A stretch of DNA of 63,835 nucleotides, filler included, from Neoconidiobolus thromboides FSU 785 (GCA_025603075.1; 9 parts of 9 records of this genome joined end to end with filler, not necessarily neighbours in it); one strand, 5' to 3'; counted from the whole stretch's first letter, positions 9,903-24,009 are shown. Made by a program: numbers and translations. The notes: generated by a model from the sequence alone, not told the origin.

Positions 9903-11364
9903 ATGGCTAAAGAACTCAAACATCAAGTAATGAAAGCGTTAGGATATGTACCAGTGGTATTATGTTTAATGGTAGTGTTTTGGTCCTATTATGCATTCAA
10001 TTTTGTCTATTGTTTAGATGTATTTATTAAGATTTTTGAGAATACAGGACTTGGTAAGATTTCATTTTTAAATGATTAAATGAATATTGAATTGTTGAAA
10101 TTATAAGCGGCTTTCCTGATGAGTGTTTATCATGTACTATTTATTTTTTTCATATGGACTTATTTAATGGTCGTTTTTATACACCCTGGAACGCCTAAGC
10201 AGGTAAAGCAAAAAAAAATTCAATAAGAAAAAAAGCTTATACTTTTCATTAGGCATGGGAAGAATTAAAAAAGAAAGAAATAGAAAGACAGCAAGCGTTA
10301 GAAGAAAATCATAGTTTTCTAGATGCAGAAATAACACCTCTACAACAAGTTAAAATTATTGAACCTGAGCAATTGACTAAATTATTACCGGATAATAGAG
10401 GGAATTCAACGTCGAATGACGGCCCTGTGTTTCAGATGATCACTGTTAAACAAAGTGGTGAAAGAAGATTTTGTAGAAAATGTAATTTTGATAAACCAGA
10501 TAGAACCCATCATTGTTCCATTTGTGGGGAGTAAGATTTGACATTTTCATAACTGCGTTCAATTGTTAATTTGTTTTTTTTAGATGTATTTTAAAAATGG
10601 ATCAGTAAGTATCATATTCATCAGAATAATAATCAATAGCTAAAATATTTAATTTTAATTCTATTTTAGTCACTGTCCATGGTAATTTATCTTTATTTCT
10701 TTTCTAAAGTTAAATTAATTTTTTTAATAGGATTAATAGTTGTGTTGGATATCATAATCAAAAATATTTTTTATTGTTTATATTTTATGCCAATTTATTT
10801 TGCTTATTTATAGCGTTATGTCTAATACCTGGAGTTATTCACATCTTTTCAGATCATTTAGTAACTTCAATATCTCTCTTTAAAATAACAATTAATAATT
10901 CAATTCCATTCTAGCCTGTATCTATAAATGAAATCCAACTTGTATTTATGCTATTGATCTCAGGATTATTTGCTATCCTATTATTGTTTTTTGTTGGATT
11001 TCATATTTATTTATTAGTCAACAATCGTACAACAATCGAAAATTTAGAAAGAACAGTTTATAAAGTAGATGAAGAAGATGAGCCTACTGCTTCCAAATAT
11101 TTAAATGTTTTTAACGTTGGCAAATGGTAAGATTTTATTCATATTGTTTAATATAATAAATTGAAGTTTTTTCTTTTAGGCGAAATTTTACCGAAGTGTT
11201 TGGTGATAATATTATACTTTGGTTTTTACCTATAAGATCGGTGTAAGCTTAAAATTCATTTTACTCTTTTTATCTATTAAAATATCAATTCTTTTAGAAA
11301 AGGAAATGGAATTGTTTATCCATTAAGTGCCTATGCTTATAATACATTAAGTACTAGAGATTAA
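9903..11364 (+). CDS. PFA3: DHHC palmitoyltransferase (Pfa3-like), about 9 exons
   Basis: Spliced: [46 protein letters not shown]; TTIE motif; GT-AG introns. Confidence 0.85.
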
Positions 11365-12853
11365 ATATAAGTTGATCCGTTTTTAATATTCAATTTGTAA
11401 ATTAAATACATTGCATGTTAATAATTATTAAATAAAGTAGCTTAAAATATAAAAGTGTGAGTGTTATATCACCATTTCTTTTGTAATTAAGCTGGTTTTT
11501 AAATGTTTGTTTGAGATTTTATTTAATTTAATTTTTAGTTGTAATAGATTTATTTAACAAAGTGGATAAGAACTTTATAAAATTGTATAAAAGATCATAA
11601 TTACATTAAAGGTAAAGTTCATCGAAATATTTAAAACTCAAAGTTCAAAAAAATCCAAATATTTACAAGCTTTGTGCAATACTGTAGTTGCAGGTATGCT
11701 GAGACTCGTATGAAGCTTTGGAAAACAAGTGTTATTGAAAAACTAAAGGTTTAACAGAATTGAAAAGCAGTGGAAACGGTTTGATAAGATTATGAAATAA
11801 ATTTATATATCAAAAATGTTAAATCTATATTTAAATGCTAAAGTTATTACAGCCAAAGTTGAATCCATTGCCAATATTAATTAGGAAAATGTTTTTTTTG
11901 GACAGGAATTCATATGATTTTAAAACTGTTTTAAACATATCCTTAACCAAAATGTTATTCATTTCAATTATTCTTTATTATTTTAATAAAATGAAATTAT
12001 AAAAATATTATTTAGATAAGGTAAAATTCTTGTAAAAATTTTCATTTCATAATATCAATTCTAGTAATAATTATTTTAGATTCGAAAAAGCTTCATATTG
12101 ACTCAATATCGCGTAGTTTGTATTCCAGATTTAAGTAGATAGGATAAAACCCCTAGTATAATATCTCTAAAATACAAAATATCAGCTCATCATCAGTGAA
12201 TGAACTTGATGGCATTTTAATATGATTTTTATCAACTTTAATATCTGCGTTGCTTTTTATATTGTTTCAAGGTATCAAATAAGTGGTAGGTGATAAGATA
12301 GATCCAATCACAGTAAAAATCAAAGTGGATTCATTGAGTAAATTGGTATAACAATATTAAATTTCTAGTTTTGAGTATTCAAACACTCTATTTGTGCTTT
12401 TAATACTAGTTGATGAACTTGAGCTTTAGAAACTTATCTTTTTCAAAATGAACAGATTGATATTAAAACTCAAAACTTGAAATAATCCAGTTCTATTAAG
12501 TTTATGGTACAATGAATTTATAAAACACTTTGCTTTAACACTCTTGTTAGCTCGGAAAGAATAACTTAGCTATACTAATAATCTAATAATATTAAAAAAT
12601 TTATATCCATTAAAGACTTGAAGGCATTAAATTACTATAGTAATCATTTCTTTATCAAAATCATACAGTTTCAACGAAAAATGTATTTATTTTAATATAT
12701 TAATGAATAGAAAGGATACTATGTTCTATACTATACTAACAAATACTGCATTTTAAGTTTTATGGCAAACATATAAGTTTGTATTATAGTAAGTATAATT
12801 AGAAAGCCAAAATTAATTTAAATATTCCTTTATTAGTTATCATTAATTAAGTA

Positions 12854-13589
12854 TTAATTTCCAACAAGGTTTAATACATTAATAACTTGCCCAATATCTT
12901 TTTCTTGTTGACGAATAAAGTTAATGTCTAGATGATTCATTTTAATGAATTTTTCAGATAATGGCTTAGCAGTAGCTACCTTTTTGGTTTCAGAACGAAG
13001 GAAAGAGTTAACATTATGTATACCCATTGGTGTATTCACGGCTCTTTGAATCTTATTTCTTAAGGCAGTAGTGTTAGAATTGGCAGGAACTGCAACTTCA
13101 CTACTTAAAATACTTCCATCATTATTACTTGTACTCACATTCATAATTCTACTATTTTCTCTATGCTTATGCTTATTCTTATTCTTATTAACTTCAGAAG
13201 CGATTAGATTTATCGTATTTTTTTTATATGATGAAAATCGATTATAGTAGTAGCAAAAACCATTTGCCCTTGTATTTAATGTTTGTGATACTTGTATATT
13301 ATATGGCATTAATTTATCATTTGAATTGACATTTTTACCATCTATTTTACCATTATAAGTGTTTGATACTCTTGGATTACGTTCTTGCCATTCAAACCAT
13401 AACAAATCAATAAAAGCATGATGTAAATAAAAGATAGGATCATTTGAAGAATACATAGTACTAAAATCTCCTTTATCTCCACCAATATTCATATGAACTG
13501 CACCATGAGGAGCACCTTCAATTTGTTGACGAAATTGATCAAATGTTTTACTTCTACTTAATATTAATTCCAGTGCCTCTCTAGATACA
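12854..13589 (-). CDS. Tyrosinase (type-3 copper protein), 5'-truncated by gap
   Basis: CuB site EGAPHGAVHMNIGG...SSNDPIFYLHHAFIDLLWFEWQ; frame open to contig end. Confidence 0.9.
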
Positions 13590-13689
13590 NNNNNNNNNNN
13601 NNNNNNNNNNNNNNNNNNNNNNNNNNNNNNNNNTTAATTAATTAANNNNNNNNNNNNNNNNNNNNNNNNNNNNNNNNNNNNNNNNNNNN

Positions 13690-16600
13690 AATACAATCAC
13701 AATCTTGTACTGTAGAAAGACGATGAGCAATAGTAATCGTTGTTCTACCTTCTGCAGCTTTATCCAATGCAACTTGGACTACTTTTTCAGAATCAGAATC
13801 TAAAGCTGAGGTAGCTTCGTCTAATAACAACAACTTAGGATTCAAGAGTACAGCTCTAGCAATAGCAATTCTTTGTTTTTGGCCACCAGATAATTTACCA
13901 CCACGTTCACCAACTCTAGTATCATAACCTTCAGGTTGTTCCAAAATAAAGTTATGAGCATTTGCCATCTTAGCAGCATTGACAATTTCTTCTTCACTTG
14001 CATCAGGTCTACCATAAGCTATATTTTCTCTAATAGTTAAATCAAATAAGACTGGCTCTTGTCCTACTATGGCCATACCAGATCTCAAATAAGGCAAATT
14101 CCATTCTTTAATATTAGTTCCTTCTACATGTAATGAACCAGAGTTCAAGTCATAGAATCTCTGAATTAAGCTAATTACTGTAGATTTCCCTGAGCCTGAA
14201 GACCCAACTAAAGCTACTCGTTTTCCAGCTAATATGGAAACATCCAATCCCTGGAGAATAGGTATATCCAACCGTGTGGGATATGAAAATCTAGCATTAG
14301 TTAGTTTTACATTCCCAGTTAATTTAGCTGGATGGGTACCATAATCTTCATCACAGTTAATAGTCGATTTGCGATCTAATAATTTAAAAATGTCTTGGGC
14401 TGCAATTTTAGCTTTAACATAAGTGGTGATTTGAGACGATGAATTTCCTAAAGCAGACCCAGTAAAAACTACTGAAATTACTACCTGAAACATCTGGGCA
14501 AAATCGTACTCTTTGTTTATTACTAAAGTACTTCCGTACCAAAAGGCCAGAGAATAAATAATAAATGGTGCACCCATAGCAAAGCTATAACCAAAAGATG
14601 CTTTATAAATACTAATTAAAGTGGAAATATGCGCTTTGGCTACCAAATTTTCATAATCTTCTAGGAATACCTTTTCTTTGCTAAGCCCAGTAACAGTACG
14701 AATGTTTTTAATAGATTCAGTTGCAATTTGAGAAACTTGTTCATAACTTTGTTTAGCATTACTATTCAAATCCTCCAATACTTTGATTTCATAAAACACC
14801 ATAAGTGCAGCTAACGGTATACACACTAAAACAACCAAAGTAAGTTTCCAGCCATAATAAAAAGCAATCCCCAATCCCACACTAAATGAAGAAATAGCCA
14901 TTAAAACTGGGCCCGAAACTTTGGACACCAACTGTTGAACGTTTTGAGCTTCAACAGATAATTTAGCACACAATATTCCAACTCCATGATCAGGGTTGTC
15001 GTAAAATGCAATTTCTTGATTTAGTAAATTTTTAAAGGCCTTTAATCGAATCTCGTAAGTTATGGACTCTCCAACGTATTCTAAGGCTCCTACTTTAAGG
15101 CTTACAGTGATAAAAGTAAAGGCTCCTAATGCAACAAACATTAAACAGTAAAATTTAGCGTCTGCTATTCCTTTTTCGTGAAACTCAACTGTAGCAATCT
15201 CAATAAATGACACAGATATCTGGCCCAATATTAGAGAATATAATGGCGCTATAGCACCAATACATAAGGATCCGATCATCCCTAATAAAGTAATCCTTTT
15301 CCATGAAGTAGTCATCATTAACACTCTTATTAAAGATGAAAATTGCTTTCCAGTTTTTGTTCCTTCCAAAATAGATTTATTTGACTTGATTTTAATTATC
15401 TCGTTTTCTTTCTCATCAAAAGTTAGTACTGTAGTTTCCTTCATTGTTTTATTTTTTTGTTTATTTTTTGATAACTCTTTATTGATCAAATAGCTTTGGT
15501 CTTCATTTTGATCTTCTTCAGTACGTATCTTCTGTGATTCAACCAACCCAGCGTATATACCTCCCTCTTTTAATAATTCTTCATGGGTACCTTCTTCTTC
15601 AATCTTACCATTACTAAAGACTAAAATTTTATCTACGTCTTTAATTGTAGATAGACGATGAGCAATAACAATTGTAGTACGATTTCTAGAAGCATTATTT
15701 AAAGCAATTTGAACAATTTTTTCAGATTCCGAGTCAAGGGCAGATGTAGCTTCATCTAATAATAATATCTTTGGATTCTTAATTAAAGCTCTTGCAATAG
15801 CAATACGTTGTTTTTGACCACCTGATAATAGAGAACCTTTTTCACCAACCTGAGTTTCATAACCTTCAGGCAAAGTCATTATAAAATCATGGATATTAGC
15901 TAATCTACAAGCTTCTTCAATTCTTTTTTGAATTATTTCACCATCCTTTTGTTTTCCGTTGTATTCATCATTAGACAGGCCAAACAGTATGTTTTGTTTA
16001 ATGGATGTAGAAAATAAGATAGGCTCTTGACCAACGATACCAATATGGTTTCTTAAAAATTCAACGCTGACATCTCTTATATCTGTTCCATCAATAGTAA
16101 TTGATCCCGAGCTTACATCATAAAACCTTTCAATTAATCCAATTGTAGTGCTTTTTCCAGATCCTGAGGGCCCAACCAATGCTACAGTAGTTCCAATGTT
16201 AACTTTTAAATTTAAATTGTTTAATGTGGTAATATTGGAACGCGTTGGATAAGAAAAAACAACATTGTTGAATTGAATTTCACCTTCGAAATTTTTTATC
16301 TTTCTTTCTCTTTGTTTGGTTGATTCAGCACATATAAATGGATTGATTTTAGATTCTCTTTCAATAACTTGAAATAATTTAGCTGCTGCTCCTTGTGCAG
16401 TTGCTAATGCAGCCAGAAACGGTGAACTATGTCCAATTGATAGAGCTCCTAAAACAACTGAAAAAAATACTGAAATTACATTCTCTGGCTTGTAACCCTC
16501 CTCTGTAATTAGTTTACTCCCATACCACATCCCAAGCGAATAAGTCAAAAGTACAATAAATTCAATCCCTCCAATACTAACTCCAGAAATGATTGACCTT

Positions 16601-17391
16601 TTGTGACCATCCTTACGTGCTTGAAAAAGTTCTTTTTCATACCTTGCAGTTTCTCTCCTTTGAGACCCAAAAGAATAAATGGTTCGAATGGATGATAATA
16701 CTTCTTCGGCTACCGAACTAGCTTTACCATATGCATTTTGACCTCCAGTAGATAATAAAGCAACTACCTTGGTAAAAAGGACAGCAACTAAAGTAACTAA
16801 AGGCATTACACTCATTAAAACCAAGCTAAGTTTCCAACCTTGAGTAAAAGCTACAATATAACCCGAAAGAAAAGTAGAGAAGTTTTGAATCATGAACCCT
16901 AGCTTTTCAGAGATACCATCTTGTACTAAATGAATATCTCCAGATATACGAGAAGCTATATCCCCTGAAGAAACAGTATCAAACCAACTAATTTCTTGAG
17001 ATAAAATTGCTTTATAGTAGTTTCGCCTTATACGCAATGCTTGATTTTCACCTACTACCATCCATAAGCTCATTTGCCCATAAGCAGCAACTAAAGTTGC
17101 AATACCAACTCCTAAAAATTGAAGGCATAATATTGTAACCGTGGATTTAAGGGTTTCAGCAGCCAATATTGGATCGTTCGAAGAATTGATAGCATAATTT
17201 CCAAAAGCACCTACAATTCCAGAAAATAATAAAGCAATTAAAGGTTGGGAAACGCCATTTATGATTGAGAATATAAAAGCAAATGTCAAAATAATCCAAT
17301 CGTTAAATGTGGCAAACTTCCATAATTTTAAAATTGGAACTGGAGGAAGTGATTCTGCTTCATCTTTTTTATTTTTTTTTTTGAAAAACAT
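13690..17391 (-). CDS. MDR1: Full-size ABCB/MDR1-type multidrug transporter, intronless, 3'-truncated by gap
   Basis: Two TMD+NBD halves; GPSGSGKST and GSSGSGKST Walker A, LSGGQKQRIAIARA signatures, LLLDEATSALD. Confidence 0.95.
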
Positions 17392-18611
17392 TTTTATAGT
17401 TTACGTTTTTAAAAGAATAATTGTTTTCTTTTATATTAATTTTATATTCATTATCTGATTATCGAATTTTTATTTCCGGACTTCCTTGTTTGGTAATTTT
17501 GATTTTAGTTTTATTTTGTCAAGTTCATTTCACTCCGGCTAAATTCATTAACAATTTTCCATATATAGAGGCTTCAATCATCAACTTTTAATAATTTTTT
17601 TCCAAACTTTGACTTCCTTTTAATAAAAATATATAAATTTAGCCTTATTCACAGTACAACCCTACCGTCTAATTATAAAAAAGTGACAATAATAGACTAC
17701 TTAATATCTTTAGTAAAATCAAAAGTAATACCAGTATTCTGAGATCTATTATTCAGCACCAAAAATGTTATACCCTACTTAACTTCCCATTGCATTAAGC
17801 TAGGGATGTATTTTAAAGTCATCTGGTAATTGTGGACAATCTTAGATTATTTTAGATTGAGATCAACTTTATTCTAATTAAATTTTTTCGCTATTATTTC
17901 TAAAAACAAGTTTAAAAGTATTCTTTAATAAACGATAAGGCTATGTTATTCATTTAAATATTGATAAGAGATATTATAATAAAGTAAAGCGATATACACG
18001 TCTTTATAAAAATGATTAGATAGAAAGTTTATTCGATTTAAAATGGTTGTTTCTATCAAATAATAAGCCATAGTAGCGAAGAAACCAAGGGAACAAAAAA
18101 GAGTTATTTTTAAAAATACATTTTTTTAATAAAGCTACGTCAAAGAAAATAATAACTTTTGCTTATTTCTATTGTACATCCATTACTTTAGCTACTACTA
18201 TTTTACAAAATTCTATTCAGTTCTTGGATTTACTATTTTTACGAGAGATAAAAATTTAGACTTAAACAATAGACTGAAAATAAATATATGACAACATAAA
18301 CATGTTGAAAAAATAAAGTTTTCTGTTCCTTAATAGCTTTTTCTGGGATAAAATGAGCTTGGGACTTCTTGAGCTATTAAGAGACATTTTTAGTCGGTTC
18401 AGAAAGTTACTAATAAATACCTTTTTAGCCCCTTGGGCTTGTGCCTATAACAATCCCAGGATACTGTTAATAGTTTTTTCAAAATAACCAAATTCTCATC
18501 CTGTGCTTTCTTTTTGTTTTATATAATAAACGTATTGTTAGTCTTTTGAACTAGCAAGTGTTTTTCTAAAATTAGTTTTAAAAATCAGACTATTAGAAGC
18601 TAGATACATAT

Positions 18612-18709
18612 AGGGATGTATTTTTTATTTAAGAATTGTATCAACAATCCTTTTGTACAAAAAATGTTTAAAAAATCAAAAAAGTGATGAAACTAAAAAA
18701 AACATCCCC
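18612..18709 (+). mobile_element. 98-bp MITE, ATAT TSD
   Basis: ATAT at 18608-11 and 18710-13; family consensus. Confidence 0.8.
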
Positions 18710-18912
18710 ATATAGTGTTAAAAAGATAAAACTCTTTATAAACTGTTTTAAATGTTCTATTCTTTTTATGATTTTACTAATCTTAATAGTTTAATATATA
18801 ACGTTGCTTTTTTCATAACTATAAGTGTTCACATTCATAATAATATAAGGCGCTATAAAAGCATTTTCGCTTTACACTCAAAAAATAGATACTTTTAAAA
18901 ATATAATTTTAT

Positions 18913-20370
18913 TTATACTAGAAGCTCATCAAGGAATGCTAAGACTTTGCCTTTAGCCTCAGTGACTTCTTTAGTATCTGTAGGATTAAACGAAGATAAA
19001 TCGGCACAATGAGATGCACCCTTAATTACAATTGAAGGCATAGAGCTTTTGGTTGACTTTGTTATAGAAAGAGGCATCCAAGGATCAAGATCTCCATTTA
19101 CAAATAAAACATTATCAACTTTAATATTTTTCCCTTGGTATTTACGATTAGTTTCATCAATATTTGGTCTTTTTGGGCCATTAGGACCAAATATAAACTC
19201 GCATGAGAGATTTCTAAAGTATGGCACAGTTAAAAGTTGGGAACGAGCTGAATCAAATCCTTCATGAGGAGCTACTTGCCAGTACCCAAATTCAGTACAA
19301 GATTGGTATAGCCATTGGCGATAAGCTTCAGTTGGTGATGGTTTATTGGTATTTTTATAATAAGAGTAGTCAACAAAATCTTTGCACTGGTAAATGCTTA
19401 AACGGCTCTTGAAATCCCTGGCAAAGTCATTGAGCTTTTCTGTACTAGTACCATTTAATTTAAGAGTCTTACAGTACTCTTCAACATTTCCTGGTCGATT
19501 GTTGTTATTGTATTGTACAGTACCTGATACATAAATTAGAGCTAAACCAAAAGCGTCATCAGCAACATCACCACAAGAAAATTTATCTTTTAATGCCTTT
19601 TTCTCCTGTGTAGTTCCTTTGAGTAACACTTTGTTAATGGCTTTGAAATTTTCAACGTAGTAATTGGCGCATTGTTTTCCTCCGTTCTCTGCTAAAGATC
19701 TTTGAACCTGTTGATCGTATTCAAAAAAGTCTTCTTTAGCTTCAACTGGTGCAGAGGATGCAATGGCACCATGGAACACTTCAGGGTGCTTTAAGCGAGT
19801 CCATGCTGCAAGATTTCCAGGATAACTTCCTCCTGCAAGGATCCATTTAGTCTTTTCAGTTTGGTAAGATAGCCTTTTTGATTGAGGAAGCTTAATATTC
19901 TTAGCAAAATATGCTAAATCATCAATAGCCAACTCTGAAGTTAAATATTTCAAGCTACCGAGGGTTAAATCTGGTTTGGGGTAGGAAACACCATAAAATC
20001 GATGTTCTAGGGCATAAACCACACCATTGTATTTTTCAGCAGCTTTGGCTATAAGAGAATATTGTGTCCATCCGCCATTTAATTCCCCTTCACCGCCTAT
20101 GAAAAGAAAAGCAGGTCCACCAGGTTTATAAAACTGATCATTTACAAAGTATCTTTGCTTCCAATACACTTTACTGTCTTTGCCTCCGTCATGGGTTAAT
20201 GTCTGGTTAAACCATTGCTCAGCTACAGCATTAGATACTCTGGAGTTAAACTGATCTAATATACTGTCATCAACCCTTAAGGTGGTTAATTTCGGAACTG
20301 CCACAACACAACCAAGTAAAAGTAAACTCAAGTAAAGCTTCATAACAATTAAGTATTTTTTTGATGTCAT
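18913..20370 (-). CDS. Secreted serine carboxypeptidase, family S28
   Basis: Signal peptide; WKQRYFVN, IGGEG, LEHRFYGVS, GGSYPGNLAAW nucleophile motif, NGDLDPW, GASHCADL. Confidence 0.93.
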   Translation of the reverse strand: MTSKKYLIVMKLYLSLLLLGCVVAVPKLTTLRVDDSILDQFNSRVSNAVAEQWFNQTLTHDGGKDSKVYWKQRYFVNDQFYKPGGPAFLFIGGEGELNGGWTQYSLIAKAAEKYNGVVYALEHRFYGVSYPKPDLTLGSLKYLTSELAIDDLAYFAKNIKLPQSKRLSYQTEKTKWILAGGSYPGNLAAWTRLKHPEVFHGAIASSAPVEAKEDFFEYDQQVQRSLAENGGKQCANYYVENFKAINKVLLKGTTQEKKALKDKFSCGDVADDAFGLALIYVSGTVQYNNNNRPGNVEEYCKTLKLNGTSTEKLNDFARDFKSRLSIYQCKDFVDYSYYKNTNKPSPTEAYRQWLYQSCTEFGYWQVAPHEGFDSARSQLLTVPYFRNLSCEFIFGPNGPKRPNIDETNRKYQGKNIKVDNVLFVNGDLDPWMPLSITKSTKSSMPSIVIKGASHCADLSSFNPTDTKEVTEAKGKVLAFLDELLV

Positions 20371-20980
20371 AAATTCGAGGGTTAGTATTTCTTATTTATA
20401 GCCACTGTTTGTTTAATTTATGGTAAAGTCACTATTTTAAATTTTGGTCATTTAGTGAATTTGAATTCTCAATGTGACTCTCTTAGATGTTATTAGCATG
20501 ATCATTTGAAGGTTTTATTTTCATTTTGCTTCCCTTTTTTATGGAATTTTGATGCTATTTGGGCGGATTTTAATTTATGAAGTTTAAAAAAATCTAATGA
20601 TTTTCCTTATAACGCGTTTAATATATCAATTATAATATATTATTGTATAAAATAGAATTTTATTGTTTAATCTTAAATTAATCCAAAATTATACTCCTTT
20701 TTTTACACGTTTAGGTATCAATTACTAATTTAGTTTTAGCTTTATTTATGGTCAAATTTTCAATAAAGTTATAAAATATGAAGTATTAGTAAAATACAGC
20801 ACAGCCTGACCTCAAAAACTATTTTAATAAAGGTAGAATGACTAATTGGTTAGAATATCTAACCATTCTACATTTTTTAGGTATCATCATATTAAATTCT
20901 TTAATTTTTTTATATAATATATCAATTGGCTTTGTACCAAATAATATGATATTAGCTTGATAATATCAATATGTTTTAAT

Positions 20981-21078
20981 GAAGATGTTTTTTTTGGTTT
21001 TATTACTTTTTCTATCTTTTAAGCGCTATTTGAGCAAAAAATTATTAATAAAACCCTTAAACACAAAAATACACCCCT
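20981..21078 (-). mobile_element. Degenerate 98-bp MITE
   Basis: Family core AAGCGCTATTTGAG...TTAAACACAAAAATACACCCC. Confidence 0.8.
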
Positions 21079-21333
21079 ATATTATTTAATATAAATAATT
21101 TTTTTTAAAACAATTTTTAAACTAATGAGTTATCTTATACTTTTTATATACTATAATTATTACATTAAGTGAATTAGTTTATAATTCATTAAAATAAAAT
21201 ATAAAAATACACTTTGAAATAACAAGATATGATAATATTAATTCTAGTAAAATAGTAAATCTAAAATTTTAATAGTATATATAAATATTATTACTCAAAC
21301 AAAACAAGAAAAGCAAAGATTTGCTAAACAAAT

Positions 21334-21406
21334 GGTCCCGTGGCCCAATGGATAAGGCGTCTGTCTACGGAACAGAAGATTCCAGGTTCGATCCCTGGCG
21401 GGATCA
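21334..21406 (+). tRNA. tRNA-Arg(ACG)
   Basis: Full cloverleaf: GGTCCCG/CGGGATC acceptor, TCTGT-CTACGGA-ACAGA anticodon arm, CCAGG-TTCGATC-CCTGG T arm; T-run downstream. Confidence 0.97.
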
Positions 21407-21542
21407 TTTCCTTTTTGCATTTAATTAGTTTTAAACCCTATTATATAGTAAAGTATAGATTAGATTTTAATAATGTATACTTTTCTATTATGATATATAG
21501 CATCCTTTTTGGAAAATAGTATGACCTAAATAAAACAATATT

Positions 21543-21622
21543 GGAGCTGTTTTTTTAGTTTCGTTATTTTTTAAGCGCTATTTGAATGAAAAAATGTTAG
21601 TAAAATACAAAAATACATCCCC
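21543..21622 (-). mobile_element. Internally deleted MITE copy
   Basis: TTAAGCGCTATTTGAA...GTTAGTAAAA...AAAATACATCCCC. Confidence 0.7.
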
Positions 21623-22016
21623 ATTATTAGTTAATTTTTCAATTTTAAATTTAAAATTGAACTTTTTATTTAAAAGTTTTATAATTCTTTAATAATGCTT
21701 AATAAAGTAATATATAAAATTAGTTAATTTAAAAAATAAAGCTAATTGTAATAGTATTTTTAAACAGTTTTTTAAATAATTAAAATATATTGTTTAAATA
21801 GCTTCTAATTAAAAGTATTTTTTATCTAAAAATTCAGATTTTAATTATAGATCAATATAAATTATTTGTCTGATTATTAATAAATACTATTTTTAAAAAC
21901 TAGCTTATTTAAGCTAATTTTCAAATAATTAAAACTAAGCTAAATAGTAATTATTTTAATTTTTTATAGTACTTTTATTGGTACTTTTAATTATAGCATA
22001 AGTTCATTTTTGATAT

Positions 22017-22115
22017 GGGGATGTTTTTTTTGGTTTGATTATTTTTTTCATTTTTTGAGCTCTACTCGAGTGGAAAGATTGTTAGTAAAATTCTTATACA
22101 AAAAAATATATCCAC
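22017..22115 (-). mobile_element. 99-bp MITE, ATAT TSD
   Basis: ATAT at 22013-16 and 22116-19. Confidence 0.82.
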
Positions 22116-22280
22116 ATATATTTGCTATAATTGTCTTATAGCAATGTTTTATATATCATATCAATATAAATTTTTTTAGCTAGTTTATTTAAATCAGTTT
22201 TTAAAACTTGAATCAAACAACTAATTAGCATTAAACTTATGGTAATATTTATATAAATAAAATTATCCTTGAAAACTTTA

Positions 22281-22375
22281 AATATGTATTTTTTTTAAAG
22301 AATTTTACTAACAATTTTTTTGCTTAAATAATGCTTAAAAAATAAAAAAAGTGACGAAGCTAAAAAAACATCCTC
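22281..22375 (+). mobile_element. Degenerate MITE copy
   Basis: AAGAATTTTACTAACAA...AATGCTTAAAAAAT...AAAAAAACATCCTC. Confidence 0.7.
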
Positions 22376-22425
22376 AAATATTTTTTTATTTAAAAATTAA
22401 CTTTGAATTTATTTTTTGTATGTTT

Positions 22426-22889
22426 TGTGAAATCTGGTACTCAGTGATTACAGTCAATAACAGCTATTGCCTGGTTGACTACACTATAAGTCGAAAGGTC
22501 TTAGTTTATGTGACTAGGATAGACTTGAATTATGAAGAATAGTGCATAATAGGCTACAGACTATGTAGGACAAATAGAGTAGATAGCAGTGCTGTAAATT
22601 TTACATAAAATACTATTAAGTAAACTTAGTGGCTTTATTAAATGTACGAGATATCAGGGAATAATTCAGTTAAAAAGCCCCGATTTACTGTGTTGTAAAA
22701 TCTCTTTTATACTCTGACAAGTATAAATATCAAAACGAGAGGATAACATTCTTTGGGATGAAGCTAGAAATTCTCATAGCAAATCAAACTAAAAGTGTGA
22801 GATTGATTGTCTCTGAACTCGAGAACACAACAACTTAAGTGATCATTATGGTATAGTCAATCATGGAGCTGACAAAACGATATTTCACA
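22426..22889 (+). mobile_element. 464-bp solo-LTR-like element (TGTGAAAT...ATTTCACA)
   Basis: Homologous to the reverse complement of 3070-3532; flanks GTTT / GTAT (imperfect 4-bp TSD). Confidence 0.8.
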
Positions 22890-23891
22890 GTATCGAATAA
22901 AAGTTATTTTATATATATACTAACTTAAAAGGCTATACCATTAGACTATTGGTTGTTTTGTTGATTATAAAATATTAATGTTTCTTAACTCAAAATACTT
23001 ATATTTATGTTTGTGTTTATTTTTAAAATATTTACTATTAACCTATTTAAACAAATATAGCTGTTATAATGTTATAACTTAAAATTATTATAAATATGGA
23101 AGTTATTTTTTTAAAATCACTATGTTAATTAAAACCATATCAAATAGAAACATATTGGACAAAATAATTTTACTTATATAAATTAGTTTAAGTAAAAAAT
23201 TTTGAGATTGATTTAAATTTTTAATAGTTTTCAACGATTCAATGAAATAAAGTAAAATATAAAAACTAATTCTATAGCTTATATTTTAGTTATTTAAATA
23301 ATTAGTATGCTTTTTTATTAAATTTACGTTTTTTGCTTAGTTTATCTTTATTGTTTTTATTTAAAAAATGTTTTATTATATAATTAAATTTCAAACTTTT
23401 TTTATATTTCTAGTCTTTTAGTATAAAATATTTCATGTTTTTTTAGCTGTTATATAATGTTTTAATATAAATATTTATTTATCATCATTACCATAACTCT
23501 ATATTAAATATTTTTTTATACTTTATGTTTTTCCAAAAAGTTTAAAATTAAACCAAAGCTTAGTTTCTATAAAAACAAGTAAAATTCTTAACATAGTTTG
23601 AATATTAAATAAGTTTTTGTACTAAAATTTTTAATAAATGAAAACCCAAAAAAAATAAAAGTAAGGAAATAAAATATATAAATATTAAAATCAATTTTAA
23701 TAGCTGCTGGAAATCCTTTGACTTTATTGACTGAATCAAAATCGAATTTTGGGAGCAGCTCAATTTCTTTAGAGTTTACAGTTTATTTTGGCAATTTTTT
23801 GCTAAACAGTCAATTATCAAATTTAATGGGTTATATAGATGTTGCCACTGAGTTAAACAAGGTAAAAGTAAAGAGTTACTAGAACCTGAAT

Positions 23892-23964
23892 GGTCCCGTG
23901 GCCCAATGGATAAGGCGTCTGTCTACGGAACAGAAGATTCCAGGTTCGATCCCTGGCGGGATCA
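23892..23964 (+). tRNA. tRNA-Arg(ACG), identical to 21334 copy
   Basis: Same 73-nt cloverleaf. Confidence 0.97.
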
Positions 23965-24009
23965 TATATTTTATAACTCTTTCTTTTTTTAAGCGTTCAA
24001 ACAAAATAT

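Noticed and set aside
11600-11830. RFNRIEKQWKRF resembling the Tc1/IS630 NPIE..W motif
   Set aside because: Too short, surrounded by stops, no termini found.
17261-19412. Short ORFs 17261..17458, 19049..19267, 19221..19412 and similar (24591, 26741, 45021, 45533, 51568, 52893, 53354)
   Set aside because: Antisense shadows of well-supported genes.
21334-23964. Identical tRNA-Arg pair as a segmental duplication
   Set aside because: Identity is limited to the tRNA body; flanks are unrelated, which is normal for multicopy tRNAs.
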